Below, in pieces: positions 37,221-47,772 of a DNA stretch of 64,000 bases. Position numbers and translations under genes: made by a program. This DNA comes from Schizosaccharomyces osmophilus. Its lineage: Eukaryota. The stretch is from the NCBI RefSeq assembly GCF_027921745.1, contig NC_079239.1, forward strand, positions 3,038,001-3,102,000, given 5' to 3'. Under the pieces are notes generated by a model. That model saw only the letters and a program-made list of their open reading frames with translations, was not told the origin of the DNA and did no database searches. The stretch's first letter is position 1, and the number at the start of each line of letters is the position of its first letter.

Positions 37221-40200
37221 ATGGGGCTTTCGAAAGAGACTGAGTCGCAAAATGCAACCCCCTCTCATCTAGACAAGTTGAAAGTAGCTATGGATGAACA
37301 GTTCATCAAGTCCTCAAAGATTGTCAACTCTTTCCGAGGGTCCAACAAATTACCAGCAGATTCAATATCGGGTGAATCGCCTTCGGCTCCTGGTAATTCG
37401 CAAGCTCTTCATCCTTTGCCATTTTCGAGTTTATCCAGTTCTACTGATGGAATCTCTTCTAATTTGAACTTTCCTCGTCTTCCAACGCAACAACGACCGT
37501 CCCTAGATAAACCAGAATTTTTTTTTGAAACGCCCGTCGCTTCAAATCGTACAAACAATCTTGCATCCCGACGATCATTTGAACAGAGCAATTCTTCCGC
37601 CAATTCATTAAAAGATTTAGGTGGTGTGGCTTCCATTAATAATAGAGATAACTTGACAACGAATGATAGTAGAGGAGATTCTACAAATTCTTCTTTACAC
37701 GAGCCGTTCGAAACCGATTATTTTTCAGAATGGTCTCGTCCGCCCTCTTCGGATCCTCTAGAAAGTCAATACCCTAATTTTTTTGAATTCGCTTTTTTAT
37801 TAGTATCCACTATCGATATCTCTCTGCTCTGGAAAAATGTTATCGACATCTTTACACAACAATATTTGGCCCTCGAACTTTCTTTAATAGAACCCTGTGA
37901 TGTATCAGATCCCTTTAATACTCCCTGGAAGTTAAAATGCTTATACCAAGGATCTAAAGCGCGTAATCAAAAGAATGATACCAATGATTCTGAGATGGAC
38001 AATAAAAAAACCAATCAATCTGATTCATGCAGTATAACGGCTTCTACTGGTGCAAAAGGCATTATCTATAATTCCCAACGATCGCCTCCGATGAGAAGCC
38101 CGTTAATAGATCATTATACCGTTCAAACAGTTCTTGAACGGAAAGCTGCTTTAGTGTATACCAGACGACATACATATCCCAGTGGACCGTCTCCGAACTC
38201 CAGCGGTATTTCTTCAACAGAACGAATTACTCAGTCTGAGGGTGTAAATGGCGACAGTAGTACCAAAAAGAGAGACAATAGTATCTCAGATAAATTTCCG
38301 CTGTCGCGTCCATCCAAGAATAAATCACTTGGAGGCCCAGACAGTTACGATTATTGCTCAGACTGGGTAACTTCCCGAGAAGCTGATCGCGGTATGTACG
38401 ATGAATTTGAGCAAAGCTTGTTATCGCCCTGGTCAAAATCTCCTTTGGGTAGTCCGGCCATTCAAACTGACTCTAATCGGAACCCTTTTTTTCAGGGTTT
38501 ACAAGAAGCTTCCTTTTTGGAGTCTAATGAGAAGAAAGACGAGAGTTTTAACGATGCGCAGAACCTTCATAATGAAACGGTTAACGACTATTTTTCGCAT
38601 CAATCCCAAGCTGAACATGACACCGCATTAAGCTTAGTTCATATTCCCCTTATACATCCTGGAACTGGCAATTCTAATGCACCATCTAACCGGGTTCCTG
38701 TAGCAATCCTTTCTTTCAAATCAAATCTGGTTCCGTATCCCGATAATCTTATATCATATATCGATCGTTTGGTTCCATTCATTTTCGCAGGTTACACAAA
38801 TTGTCTAGCCACTATGATCCCAAGTAATGTCCCTTCTTTACAAAGTCATGATAATTTACAACCGAATTTGCATTCACGTTCGGCAGCAGGAACAAAACAT
38901 GGAGATCGTTGTTATAATTCTGAGGATGCGAACGCTTGCCATCATTACGGTGAGAATACAAGCTCAAACCTGAGTGAAGATAAGCTAATTAATTTTTATT
39001 TTATGTACAGTAAAAGCATAAAGACATCTCCAAAACTTACTGTTAATGGCTTATCGCTAAGATTCCACAGCACTTTGCAAAGACTAAAGAGAGTGATGAA
39101 TAAAAAAAGGCGAGGCTTTAACCACAAATGTCATACGGCGAAAAAGGAATGTTTAAAAAGCAAAGAGTCGGATGAAAATTCATTAAAGCCAACTGGTGGT
39201 GATCTAGGGCAACAAATTCAATTAGGTGGCGCGTCTCCTCAGTTTTCTCTTTTGAAAAGCATAATAGATTCTATTCCTGTTCATGTGTTCATTGCGGATC
39301 CTTTAGACGGAACCGTTGTTTGGGCCAACGGACGGACATTATTGTATTGCGGACTCAGTTTAGACGGCCTATTAAAAAAACAATTCAGCTGTATACATCC
39401 AAATGATTTGCAGAGTTTTATGAGGGGTTGGAAACAATTCCTATCTTCTGCTGAAGTTTTTACTAAAGAGATACGCCTTCAACGCTTTGATGGTATGTAC
39501 CGTTTCTTCATATGCAGAGCTGTTCCGCTACTTGATTGCAGTGGTTCAGTGTTACATGTTTTTGGTACGATGACCGACGTACATGAACAAAAAATTGCTG
39601 AATTGGAAGTACAGAGGCAGTCTACTGCTGCTGCTAACGAAAATAATTACCGATCGTTGGCGGAAGCCTCTCCTCAGATTGTGTTTGCGGCTAGCACTAA
39701 AAATGGTATTATATATGCTAATGCTCAATGGCTTAGCTATTCGGGATTGTCTTTTGAAAATAGCTTAGGTTTATGCTATCTTTCTGCAGTACACCGAGAT
39801 GATCGTGAGAAGTGTTTGCTTCCTAATCCTGGCCACGATCCTGGCAATGAGTCTAGCATTGATAATACTTACGTTGCTGAGATACGATTTCGTTCTACTG
39901 ATGGCTGTTACCGATGGCATTTGGTAAAATCTGTTTGTGTGAATAATTCTGCGGATTATGATTCCAATCTATGGCTAGGTACTTGCACTGATATTCATGA
40001 TCATAAAGTATTAGAAGAAAAACTAAAAGAGGCAAATGTGGAGGCTCATCGAATTGTAAGGGATAAAATGCAATATTTGTCGAATATGTCTCACGAAATT
40101 CGAACTCCTCTTATTGGTATAACTGGAATGGTTAGCTTTCTATTGGAAACCGAATTATCTTCTGAACAAACAAGTTATGCTCATGTTATCCAACAGTCAG

Positions 40201-42026
40201 CTGAATCCTTACTGACTGTTATAAATGATATTTTGGATTTAAGCAAAGTAAGAGCAGGGATGGTGAAGTTGTCCAGTGAAAGATTTTCGTTACGTGCTTT
40301 GATGGAGGATGCCAATGAGACATTAAGCACACTAGCATTTTATAAAGGAATTGAATTAAACTTTATAGTTGATCATAATATCCCAGATGTGCTTTCTGGT
40401 GATCGTAACAGAATTCGTCAAGTTGCTCTGAATGTTATCAGCAATGCTATTAAATTTACAGACACAGGTGAGGTAATTACTCTATGTTCCGTGGGGAAAT
40501 GGTTGAATGAAGATCAATCTGTAATACTAAAGTGGGAATGTATTGATACTGGACCAGGTTTTGATTTGGTAGATCAGTCACGCATATTTAAACCTTTTTC
40601 TCAAATTGATGCGTCAAATGCTCGGAAACAAGGATCAGGCTTAGGATTGGTTATTTCTCGTGAGTTAGCAGAACTTCATGGCGGTGAAATGAAATGTAAA
40701 AGCATCAAAAGTGTGGGAACGCATTTCATATGGACTGCCAAATTTAAGGTGGACAATGAATATCTCAATTATGATATGCCAGATGGATGTTGCCCTGTTT
40801 GTTTTCATCCCTATGAAATTTCTGAAAAGAAGGGTATTCCAAATGTCCGCAAATACGGAGGTGAAATTGCTAAAACACCGACTGAAAACGTTGAGGAAGT
40901 ATGCCCACATTCTAAAGATGTCAATAAGGATGATGAAAATGGCAGGTCCAAAGAGCAGAAGAATGGTACAATCAATAGCGGATATAATAATCCGTATGCT
41001 CCTTCTTTAAACTATTGTCGCTGCTCAACATCGCTTGATCCAAGCAATATACTGTTTTGGAAGCTATATCGCTTTCATTCTGAGGGCTTGCTTCTGAACT
41101 ACAACGCTTTAGTTGTTGTTGTCTCGCATACAAGATTTAGCGCTGCTGCTCTGGTAAATTTTGTTCAAACTTTGTTGCATGAGAAAACACTAAAAGATAT
41201 AATATCCTTTAAGGATCCCACAAGAGCATATCATTATTTGGTGGAAACACCTATCAAATCTAATGTGAGTCATATAGTCTTAAATCTAGCTGAAAACGAA
41301 GATTATATTACCTATCTTCGTTCTCTTCAACAAAGTGCATCCTACGAAAACACGAATTTTATCGTCATTGTTAGTGCAAAGCAAAAGGCAGCTCTTTCCA
41401 GCTTATTTTCAAAGCATGCAATCGATCAATCGAGATTACATTTCGTTTTACGTTTATTAAAGCCTTCGAAACTGTTCCCCATTTTTTACAAGGATTGCCC
41501 TCAAATAGATAAAAACCTTCGGCGAAGCAGCCTAATCTCTGAAAGGTTAGCTGATGAGCAGAAAGCCGAAGCTGAGGATTTGCGAAACGATTTGAAGAAG
41601 TTCAATTTCAGGGTTCTTTTAGCAGAAGACAATATCATAAACATTAAGGTCATTAGTCGTTTTTTGGACAAAATGGGAGTGGAATATAATGTTGCTATGG
41701 ATGGTCTGAAGTGTTTCGAAGAGTGGAAGCGAAAAGATCCACATTACTATTCGCTAGTTCTTATGGACTTGCAAATGCCGGTTATGGATGGATATCAAGC
41801 GTGTACGGAAATTCGGAAACGTGAATTACAAGATGGACTCGAAGCTACTTCAATTGTTGCTTTGAGTGCAAATGCTTTGTCGCACGTTGCAGCAAGCTGC
41901 GAAGAATGCGGTTTTGATACGTACTTATCAAAACCAATAACTTTAAAGCATTTGACTGCCGTGGTATCCAAAATGTTTTACAAAAAAACGCTCGTTAATA
42001 CAACTGGTAAAGTGACGAGATGTTAA
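37221..42026 (+). CDS. mak1: Hybrid sensor histidine kinase (2 PAS, HisKA, HATPase, receiver)
   Basis: PAS/PAC repeats (IHPND, VHRDD), H-box SNMSHEIRTP, NAIKFT, DTGPG, GSGLGL, and receiver LLAEDN...MDLQMP...SKP. Confidence 0.92.
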   Translation: MGLSKETESQNATPSHLDKLKVAMDEQFIKSSKIVNSFRGSNKLPADSISGESPSAPGNSQALHPLPFSSLSSSTDGISSNLNFPRLPTQQRPSLDKPEFFFETPVASNRTNNLASRRSFEQSNSSANSLKDLGGVASINNRDNLTTNDSRGDSTNSSLHEPFETDYFSEWSRPPSSDPLESQYPNFFEFAFLLVSTIDISLLWKNVIDIFTQQYLALELSLIEPCDVSDPFNTPWKLKCLYQGSKARNQKNDTNDSEMDNKKTNQSDSCSITASTGAKGIIYNSQRSPPMRSPLIDHYTVQTVLERKAALVYTRRHTYPSGPSPNSSGISSTERITQSEGVNGDSSTKKRDNSISDKFPLSRPSKNKSLGGPDSYDYCSDWVTSREADRGMYDEFEQSLLSPWSKSPLGSPAIQTDSNRNPFFQGLQEASFLESNEKKDESFNDAQNLHNETVNDYFSHQSQAEHDTALSLVHIPLIHPGTGNSNAPSNRVPVAILSFKSNLVPYPDNLISYIDRLVPFIFAGYTNCLATMIPSNVPSLQSHDNLQPNLHSRSAAGTKHGDRCYNSEDANACHHYGENTSSNLSEDKLINFYFMYSKSIKTSPKLTVNGLSLRFHSTLQRLKRVMNKKRRGFNHKCHTAKKECLKSKESDENSLKPTGGDLGQQIQLGGASPQFSLLKSIIDSIPVHVFIADPLDGTVVWANGRTLLYCGLSLDGLLKKQFSCIHPNDLQSFMRGWKQFLSSAEVFTKEIRLQRFDGMYRFFICRAVPLLDCSGSVLHVFGTMTDVHEQKIAELEVQRQSTAAANENNYRSLAEASPQIVFAASTKNGIIYANAQWLSYSGLSFENSLGLCYLSAVHRDDREKCLLPNPGHDPGNESSIDNTYVAEIRFRSTDGCYRWHLVKSVCVNNSADYDSNLWLGTCTDIHDHKVLEEKLKEANVEAHRIVRDKMQYLSNMSHEIRTPLIGITGMVSFLLETELSSEQTSYAHVIQQSAESLLTVINDILDLSKVRAGMVKLSSERFSLRALMEDANETLSTLAFYKGIELNFIVDHNIPDVLSGDRNRIRQVALNVISNAIKFTDTGEVITLCSVGKWLNEDQSVILKWECIDTGPGFDLVDQSRIFKPFSQIDASNARKQGSGLGLVISRELAELHGGEMKCKSIKSVGTHFIWTAKFKVDNEYLNYDMPDGCCPVCFHPYEISEKKGIPNVRKYGGEIAKTPTENVEEVCPHSKDVNKDDENGRSKEQKNGTINSGYNNPYAPSLNYCRCSTSLDPSNILFWKLYRFHSEGLLLNYNALVVVVSHTRFSAAALVNFVQTLLHEKTLKDIISFKDPTRAYHYLVETPIKSNVSHIVLNLAENEDYITYLRSLQQSASYENTNFIVIVSAKQKAALSSLFSKHAIDQSRLHFVLRLLKPSKLFPIFYKDCPQIDKNLRRSSLISERLADEQKAEAEDLRNDLKKFNFRVLLAEDNIINIKVISRFLDKMGVEYNVAMDGLKCFEEWKRKDPHYYSLVLMDLQMPVMDGYQACTEIRKRELQDGLEATSIVALSANALSHVAASCEECGFDTYLSKPITLKHLTAVVSKMFYKKTLVNTTGKVTRC

Positions 42027-43369
42027 ATTATAACCAGAGTGGACGAGTCGCTGAAAATGCTTTTCAAGTCATATTCTGCGATGTTATCGGATTCTGGCGC
42101 CTTTTTATGTATTATTTAACTGTGGATGTTGAAAATGGACGACAACGTTCGCTTTGATGGCTTTGGTATGTTATTGTGAATTAATTTAGGGTTAGTATAC
42201 CTGGTTATTTATTTATATTATTTTATTATGGTTGTCCAGGCAGATTAGTCTCGTGTGAGGCAAATTTGTGAACATTCAGAAACTCTTTGATTTTGACGGA
42301 CAGCATCTTTATAGAGAGAATTTAGAAAAGATAGGAAGTCCGAGTGATAGCTATTTTTTTTTTTTTTTTATTAATTTCTATTTTGCTTATGATTATGATT
42401 ATGATACTCGAAAGTTTGGGCTTTGTATATCGTTTGAAGTGGAACTACAGTTTGAATTTTTCAAACTAAGGAACTGAAAGATTCATTTGGCCTTGTTTTC
42501 AATTACTTTCTCAGCCAGGTTTAAAAATCAAAAACCGGCTGAAGACGTAGCAAGTATACTATGCACGTAGTACGATGCCCGATCGAAGTTACTATCCTAC
42601 AATTGTAGTTAGTTACTTTTTTTTTTTTTTGCTTGATACGCATTTCATACAGTAAGTGAAAAACTTCTACAGCTGTGCAGTGCAAGATTAAGTTCAAAGA
42701 ATGCTATTTGTTTTGTTATTATTTACCAGAACGTTACTGTTAGGACTATGGAAGAAAGCAAAACTAGAGTCCGAGTGCTAAATTTTCTTCGAAGAAATGG
42801 AGGAGAATGGACAGCTCAAGATAAAACCTTCAAAAACTGATGAAACGATATTCCAATATTACAATTGAAACTGAATCAAGTAATGGGTGGAATCACCCGT
42901 CGTCTCCAAATCAATTATTCCTAACCAAAAATCTGGATTCCCTGCATACTGCCTCCTTTCAATCAAAATCAAGTTAATTGAGGCTATATGACATTACCAA
43001 CACTCATTAGTAGCGATAATCACAGGGAATTTCTAGTATGAGCGAAAGCATGTATTTATTTACTTATTACGGATATTGTACTAAGCGGGTCTTGAGTATG
43101 ATATTAGAACGGTGGCACTATGTAAGTTTGAGAATGAAATACTTTGTACATAAAGTGAATCAATTGAAGTATGAAGTTCTGCAAATTTATTAGCTTTTAT
43201 TTGGGTTATAAGCAGCATGTAGTAATGGATAACGGAGAACTAAATATCACGCTACCTGAAATGAACATGGACTAAGTAACACCTCATAAACACCATATGT
43301 GATCTTCCTAAAGCAAAGTTCTGACTACAAAAACAAGGTAGAGAAATCTGCCATTCATTAAGATATATT

Positions 43370-45751
43370 ATGGATTCGAAGTGGAAACTTCCTTTTATGT
43401 CAAATAAATCACCGATAGAGCCTCCAAGTAGAAAACCGTTAAGTGGCAGTTATTCACGACAGAGTACTCACTCATCATCATCTAACCCTTTTGAACAAAA
43501 GTTACCAATGCCGTCAAATGTAGATGTACGCCGTCCTTCAGGACCTTTTCGAATTGTGAAAGCTACTTCTACAGAAGATGCGTTAACGAATTGTATTGTT
43601 GTCTCTCCAATGGATTTCCGTGAGCAGTACATTATCGTTGACAATTTGAGAGTTTTCAGCACAAAGCCCGTCCCCGGATTTCCACAGGGATGCTTGGGTG
43701 CTTCGCAACCTCATCGAGAATGGGCCTCTTGGTCTCTTAACCAGCAAGTGAACGTCGCAAGTTATGACCCTTATGGACCCAATGGAGCACCTTACTTGAG
43801 TGCTGCAGAATTAGAAGTTGAATTTCAAAATCGTAATCGCACAACCAACGAAGCTTTAGACGGAGAAGAAATGTCCCAACTGTTTGCCAATAGCTATCAA
43901 AATCAGGTGTTCGCTCCTGGGCAAAAAATAGTTTTTGATTTTAAGTCTTTTAACATAAAGGCTACTGTTCGCTCAATTTCATGTGTTGATCTCCTACTCT
44001 CGGATTCTCCAGACCAAGGAATTAACAAGAAAACGGATCCCGATACTCGGGGAATTTTAACCTCTCAATCAGAAATCCATTTTTCCAAAAGTGCCAATAG
44101 TACACTACGCCTAAAGGCTAGTATGAAGCGTCCAGCTACAAACGCTATTTTACAACCTGGATTTAAGTTTGAAGACATGGGAATTGGTGGTCTTGATACT
44201 GAATTCAGTGCCATTTTCCGTCGTGCATTCGCTTTGCGTCTTTTTCCTCCAGGTATGATTGAGAAATTAGGTATCAGCCACGTAAAGGGTATTCTGCTTT
44301 ACGGTCCTCCTGGAACAGGTAAAACTTTGGTTGCTCGTCAAATCGGTAAAATGCTTAATGCTCGTGAACCCAAAATTGTAAATGGTCCCGAAATTTTGAA
44401 TAAATTTGTCGGTCAAAGTGAGGAGAATGTTCGTAAACTTTTTGCCGATGCCGAACGTGAATATCGTGAGCGTGGAGAGGAGTCGGGACTTCATATTATT
44501 ATCTTTGATGAATTGGATGCCATCTGCAAGAAAAGAGGAAGTTCTGGAGGTGACACTGGAGTTGGTGATCAGGTAGTTAACCAGTTACTTGCGAAAATGG
44601 ATGGTGTTGACCAATTGAACAATATCCTCGTGATTGGTATGACCAATCGTAAAGACATGATTGATGAAGCACTCATTCGTCCAGGTCGTTTGGAAGTTCA
44701 CGTTGAAATTTCACTTCCTGATGAACATGGACGTTTGCAAATATTGAAAATCCATACAGGACGCATGGCTTCCAACGGAATTTTGGAGGGTGATGTGGAT
44801 TTAATGGAATTGGCAAGTCTCACTAAAAACTTTTCTGGTGCTGAAATTGCTGGTTTAATTAAAAGTGCTTCAAGTTTTGCCTTCTATCGTCACATTAAAG
44901 TAGGCACTACCGCAGCTGTTTCTGGAGATTTGGAAAACATTAAAGTTAATCGCAATGATTTTTTGAATGCCCTTAATGAAGTTCATCCTGCGTTTGGTGT
45001 TAGTGAAGAAGAACTTGAAAGCCGTGTACAAGGCGGTCTTATCAACTATGCAAAGCATATTGAGGAGATTTTTACGGAAGGCAAATTGTTCGTTCAGCAG
45101 GTAAAAAATTCCGAACGCACCCGTTTAATGAGTGTTCTATTGTCTGGGCCTATAGCTTCTGGCAAAACCGCCTTGGCGGCTACTATCGCTTTGGGGTCCG
45201 ACTTTCCATTTATTAAATTGGTAACTGCTGAAGGTATGGTGGGTATGAGTGAAAATGCAAGAGTATCTTATGTGAATGGTGTGTTTGAGGATAGCTATAG
45301 GAGTCCTCTTAGTGTTATTGTTGTAGATGAAATTGAACGTCTTATTGATTGGGTTCCCATTGGTCCCCGGTTCTCAAACACATTACTTCAAACTTTGATG
45401 GTTCTTTTCAAAAAACAACCTCCTAAGGGTCACCGTCTGCTTATCCTTGCTACTAGTTCCGAGAGAACAATGCTCTCTCGAATTGACATGACAAAATCAT
45501 TTGATGCCGAATTGGCTGTACCCAATGTCAGAAACCTTGAAGAACTAGATCGTGTCTTACAATCTATAGATTATTTCGCGGACGCGAATGTTCGGGCAGA
45601 TATCCTACAGAGACTTCGGGGCTACACAGATACAGAAAAGGTTGACGTTGGAATTGCAAGGATTCTCCTAATTGCTGAAACAGCTAAACAAGACACGGAT
45701 ACTGTCTCTTGCTTTGTGGAGACTTTGGCAAGGGCCATACCTATGGAGTAA
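43370..45751 (+). CDS. sec18: NSF vesicle-fusion AAA ATPase
   Basis: GIGGLDTEF..IFRRAF, GPPGTGKT, IIIFDELD, RPGRLEV and a second AAA domain GPIASGKT with IGPRFSN. Confidence 0.97.
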   Translation: MDSKWKLPFMSNKSPIEPPSRKPLSGSYSRQSTHSSSSNPFEQKLPMPSNVDVRRPSGPFRIVKATSTEDALTNCIVVSPMDFREQYIIVDNLRVFSTKPVPGFPQGCLGASQPHREWASWSLNQQVNVASYDPYGPNGAPYLSAAELEVEFQNRNRTTNEALDGEEMSQLFANSYQNQVFAPGQKIVFDFKSFNIKATVRSISCVDLLLSDSPDQGINKKTDPDTRGILTSQSEIHFSKSANSTLRLKASMKRPATNAILQPGFKFEDMGIGGLDTEFSAIFRRAFALRLFPPGMIEKLGISHVKGILLYGPPGTGKTLVARQIGKMLNAREPKIVNGPEILNKFVGQSEENVRKLFADAEREYRERGEESGLHIIIFDELDAICKKRGSSGGDTGVGDQVVNQLLAKMDGVDQLNNILVIGMTNRKDMIDEALIRPGRLEVHVEISLPDEHGRLQILKIHTGRMASNGILEGDVDLMELASLTKNFSGAEIAGLIKSASSFAFYRHIKVGTTAAVSGDLENIKVNRNDFLNALNEVHPAFGVSEEELESRVQGGLINYAKHIEEIFTEGKLFVQQVKNSERTRLMSVLLSGPIASGKTALAATIALGSDFPFIKLVTAEGMVGMSENARVSYVNGVFEDSYRSPLSVIVVDEIERLIDWVPIGPRFSNTLLQTLMVLFKKQPPKGHRLLILATSSERTMLSRIDMTKSFDAELAVPNVRNLEELDRVLQSIDYFADANVRADILQRLRGYTDTEKVDVGIARILLIAETAKQDTDTVSCFVETLARAIPME

Positions 45752-46144
45752 GATTGAACTAGCATCAGCAACTAAACCCAATTGCACTTTGCATAAAGCA
45801 TAAATACTCTTAAATTTTGTATACTTGTTTGAAATTGCTTGTAATATATTATGAGCGACAATGAACAGATGTTAGATGTTATGAATAAATAAATAATGAC
45901 TTGCTGTAGCAGAATACAATGACTTTTATATTTCTTCGAAAAAACGTATCGTAAGTAGTAATCCTATTATAGATTAAGTAAGTTTGGTGTAGAAAGGATA
46001 GTTATCCATACTATTTAACGAAGGCTCTTGACCACAAGCGCTTGTTTTCAAGCCAGCCTCAAATATTGATACCTACACAGTCTTTTTCCTTTTTTTTTTG
46101 AGTTCCTATATACTTATACAAGAATTACTTATAACTGTAATAAA

Positions 46145-46708
46145 ATGATGATCAGACTCGGACTCATGAAGGGTTTAGTGCGACAGTTAAGTACTTCTCC
46201 TACAAGAACAATATACCATTATGAAGCGCCTTTAAAAACGGCAGTAGCTAATATCAAAAAGTTTTCTGTTGGCTCCTTGGGGCTAACTTATATGATATCT
46301 CCGTTGATGTTGCTTTTGGACGCAAATGGCATGGGACTTGCTACACGGCTTATTATGATTTCCACAGGTAAGACTTAACAATGGTAGCTTCGTTCATATA
46401 CTAATTCAATTTACTAAGCTTGTGCTGCTTCAACAATTTCTACAGGATTAATTCACTGGGCAGGAAAATCATATGTAACGGAAGGAGTACTAAAGGATAA
46501 TTCAATTACTTTCACTACTTTAAATTTAGTGGGAAGAAGGAAGGAATCAAAGTACAATGTTGAAGAACTACAAACTCCTGACACTGCTACAAGTCGACCG
46601 TTTACAAATATCGAAACCAGAAACCATCCGAAAAAATATTTTTATGTTCATCAAGAAATAGCTAACAAAATTTTTGAAGCCATTGGAAAGAAGGAACATG
46701 ATAACTAA
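46145..46708 (+). CDS. Putative mitochondrial inner-membrane TMEM70-like protein, 2 exons
   Basis: Exon1 46145-46367, intron 46368-46418 (GTAAGA...CTAAT...AAG), exon2 46419-46708 in frame. Basic presequence-like N-terminus, YEAPL...IKKFS, two hydrophobic segments, ST.LIHW.GKSYV, RPFTN and FYVH. Family assignment is from motif resemblance. Confidence 0.72.
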
Positions 46709-46845
46709 GAGGATAGTTGTACCGTTTATGGCACAACTCGAAAAATGATATTAGTTGAATAAATAAAGTGAAGGACAAGCCAAGGGAAAGGAATGTAAAG
46801 GGATAGGAATAATCATTGTAGGAAATGAAAAGAATGGACAATAGG

Positions 46846-47772
46846 CTATTTGTATTCCAAACCTCTCCTGGTAAGACGATATGCTCTACCACACGAAGTC
46901 ATAAAAGCATCAATCAACCCAGCACCAATGGCATCGCAAAGTCGAAATTTCCAACCAAAAAAAGTTTCATGCTTTTTCTTTGCGGTCACAGAGAGGTTTC
47001 TTTGTAACAAAGAAGCTTCAATGCATTCATAAAACGGCTTCTTTTTAAAGAACTGAATGAGATCTTTGCGACTACTATGCAAAATATGGGTAAATACACC
47101 TAAATTCGGCAGGGATATACCATATGAATTGGTGCCATCCAAAGTCAGAAATCCAGCAGTCGTCAAGATCCGTCTCTCCTGCAAAGAAAAACTTAATTCC
47201 TCGGTTGAGTATGAGGTAGATCCATGCGTTTGTAGAAATTCTTGCAATTTTTTAATTAAAGACTGTAATTCTTTATTATCTTCATATTTATTCAAGTAGA
47301 GCTGGTAAATTTCGTTTAATTCAGATCGTAATACCAAGCAAGATTCGCCTGAGAAACTATCGGAACGATGTAGGTATAAACGACGCACATTACCAATTCG
47401 GATTTCCGCTTCCAGTTCTCTTGATACGCTAGTAAAATCAGAATGGTATAATCCAGTAAGTTGTGTTTCTACAATCACCCTTGGACAGTTTGAAATCATC
47501 AATTGGCTTTCTCGAGTGAGACTAGCGTCTTCGAACATGCGTTGAACCAATTCGGCAATACAATTACATACTGATGAATCACTTATTAAAAGAATAGGAG
47601 GAATCTGAAACGAAAAAACCTTCAATGGGGCTTGCCGACTTGGGACCGCAGGAGGTTCGTTCTTTTTGCTAACGGAACCAGAGGGACCTTTTCTTTTGGA
47701 AAAGAGAGTATCTATTTTTACCTGATTTCCAGATTTTCTTCGTAGACGCGTCAATAAGGAAGCCGCTGGCAT
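46846..47772 (-). CDS. mug51: STK19-family (tandem winged-helix) protein
   Basis: First in-frame ATG at 47772 (308 aa). The C-terminal half (LTTAGFL...ISLPNLG.F...CDAIGAGLIDAFMTSCGRAYRL) resembles the human STK19 C-terminus. Symbol is from recalled synteny. Confidence 0.75.
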   Translation of the reverse strand: MPAASLLTRLRRKSGNQVKIDTLFSKRKGPSGSVSKKNEPPAVPSRQAPLKVFSFQIPPILLISDSSVCNCIAELVQRMFEDASLTRESQLMISNCPRVIVETQLTGLYHSDFTSVSRELEAEIRIGNVRRLYLHRSDSFSGESCLVLRSELNEIYQLYLNKYEDNKELQSLIKKLQEFLQTHGSTSYSTEELSFSLQERRILTTAGFLTLDGTNSYGISLPNLGVFTHILHSSRKDLIQFFKKKPFYECIEASLLQRNLSVTAKKKHETFFGWKFRLCDAIGAGLIDAFMTSCGRAYRLTRRGLEYK

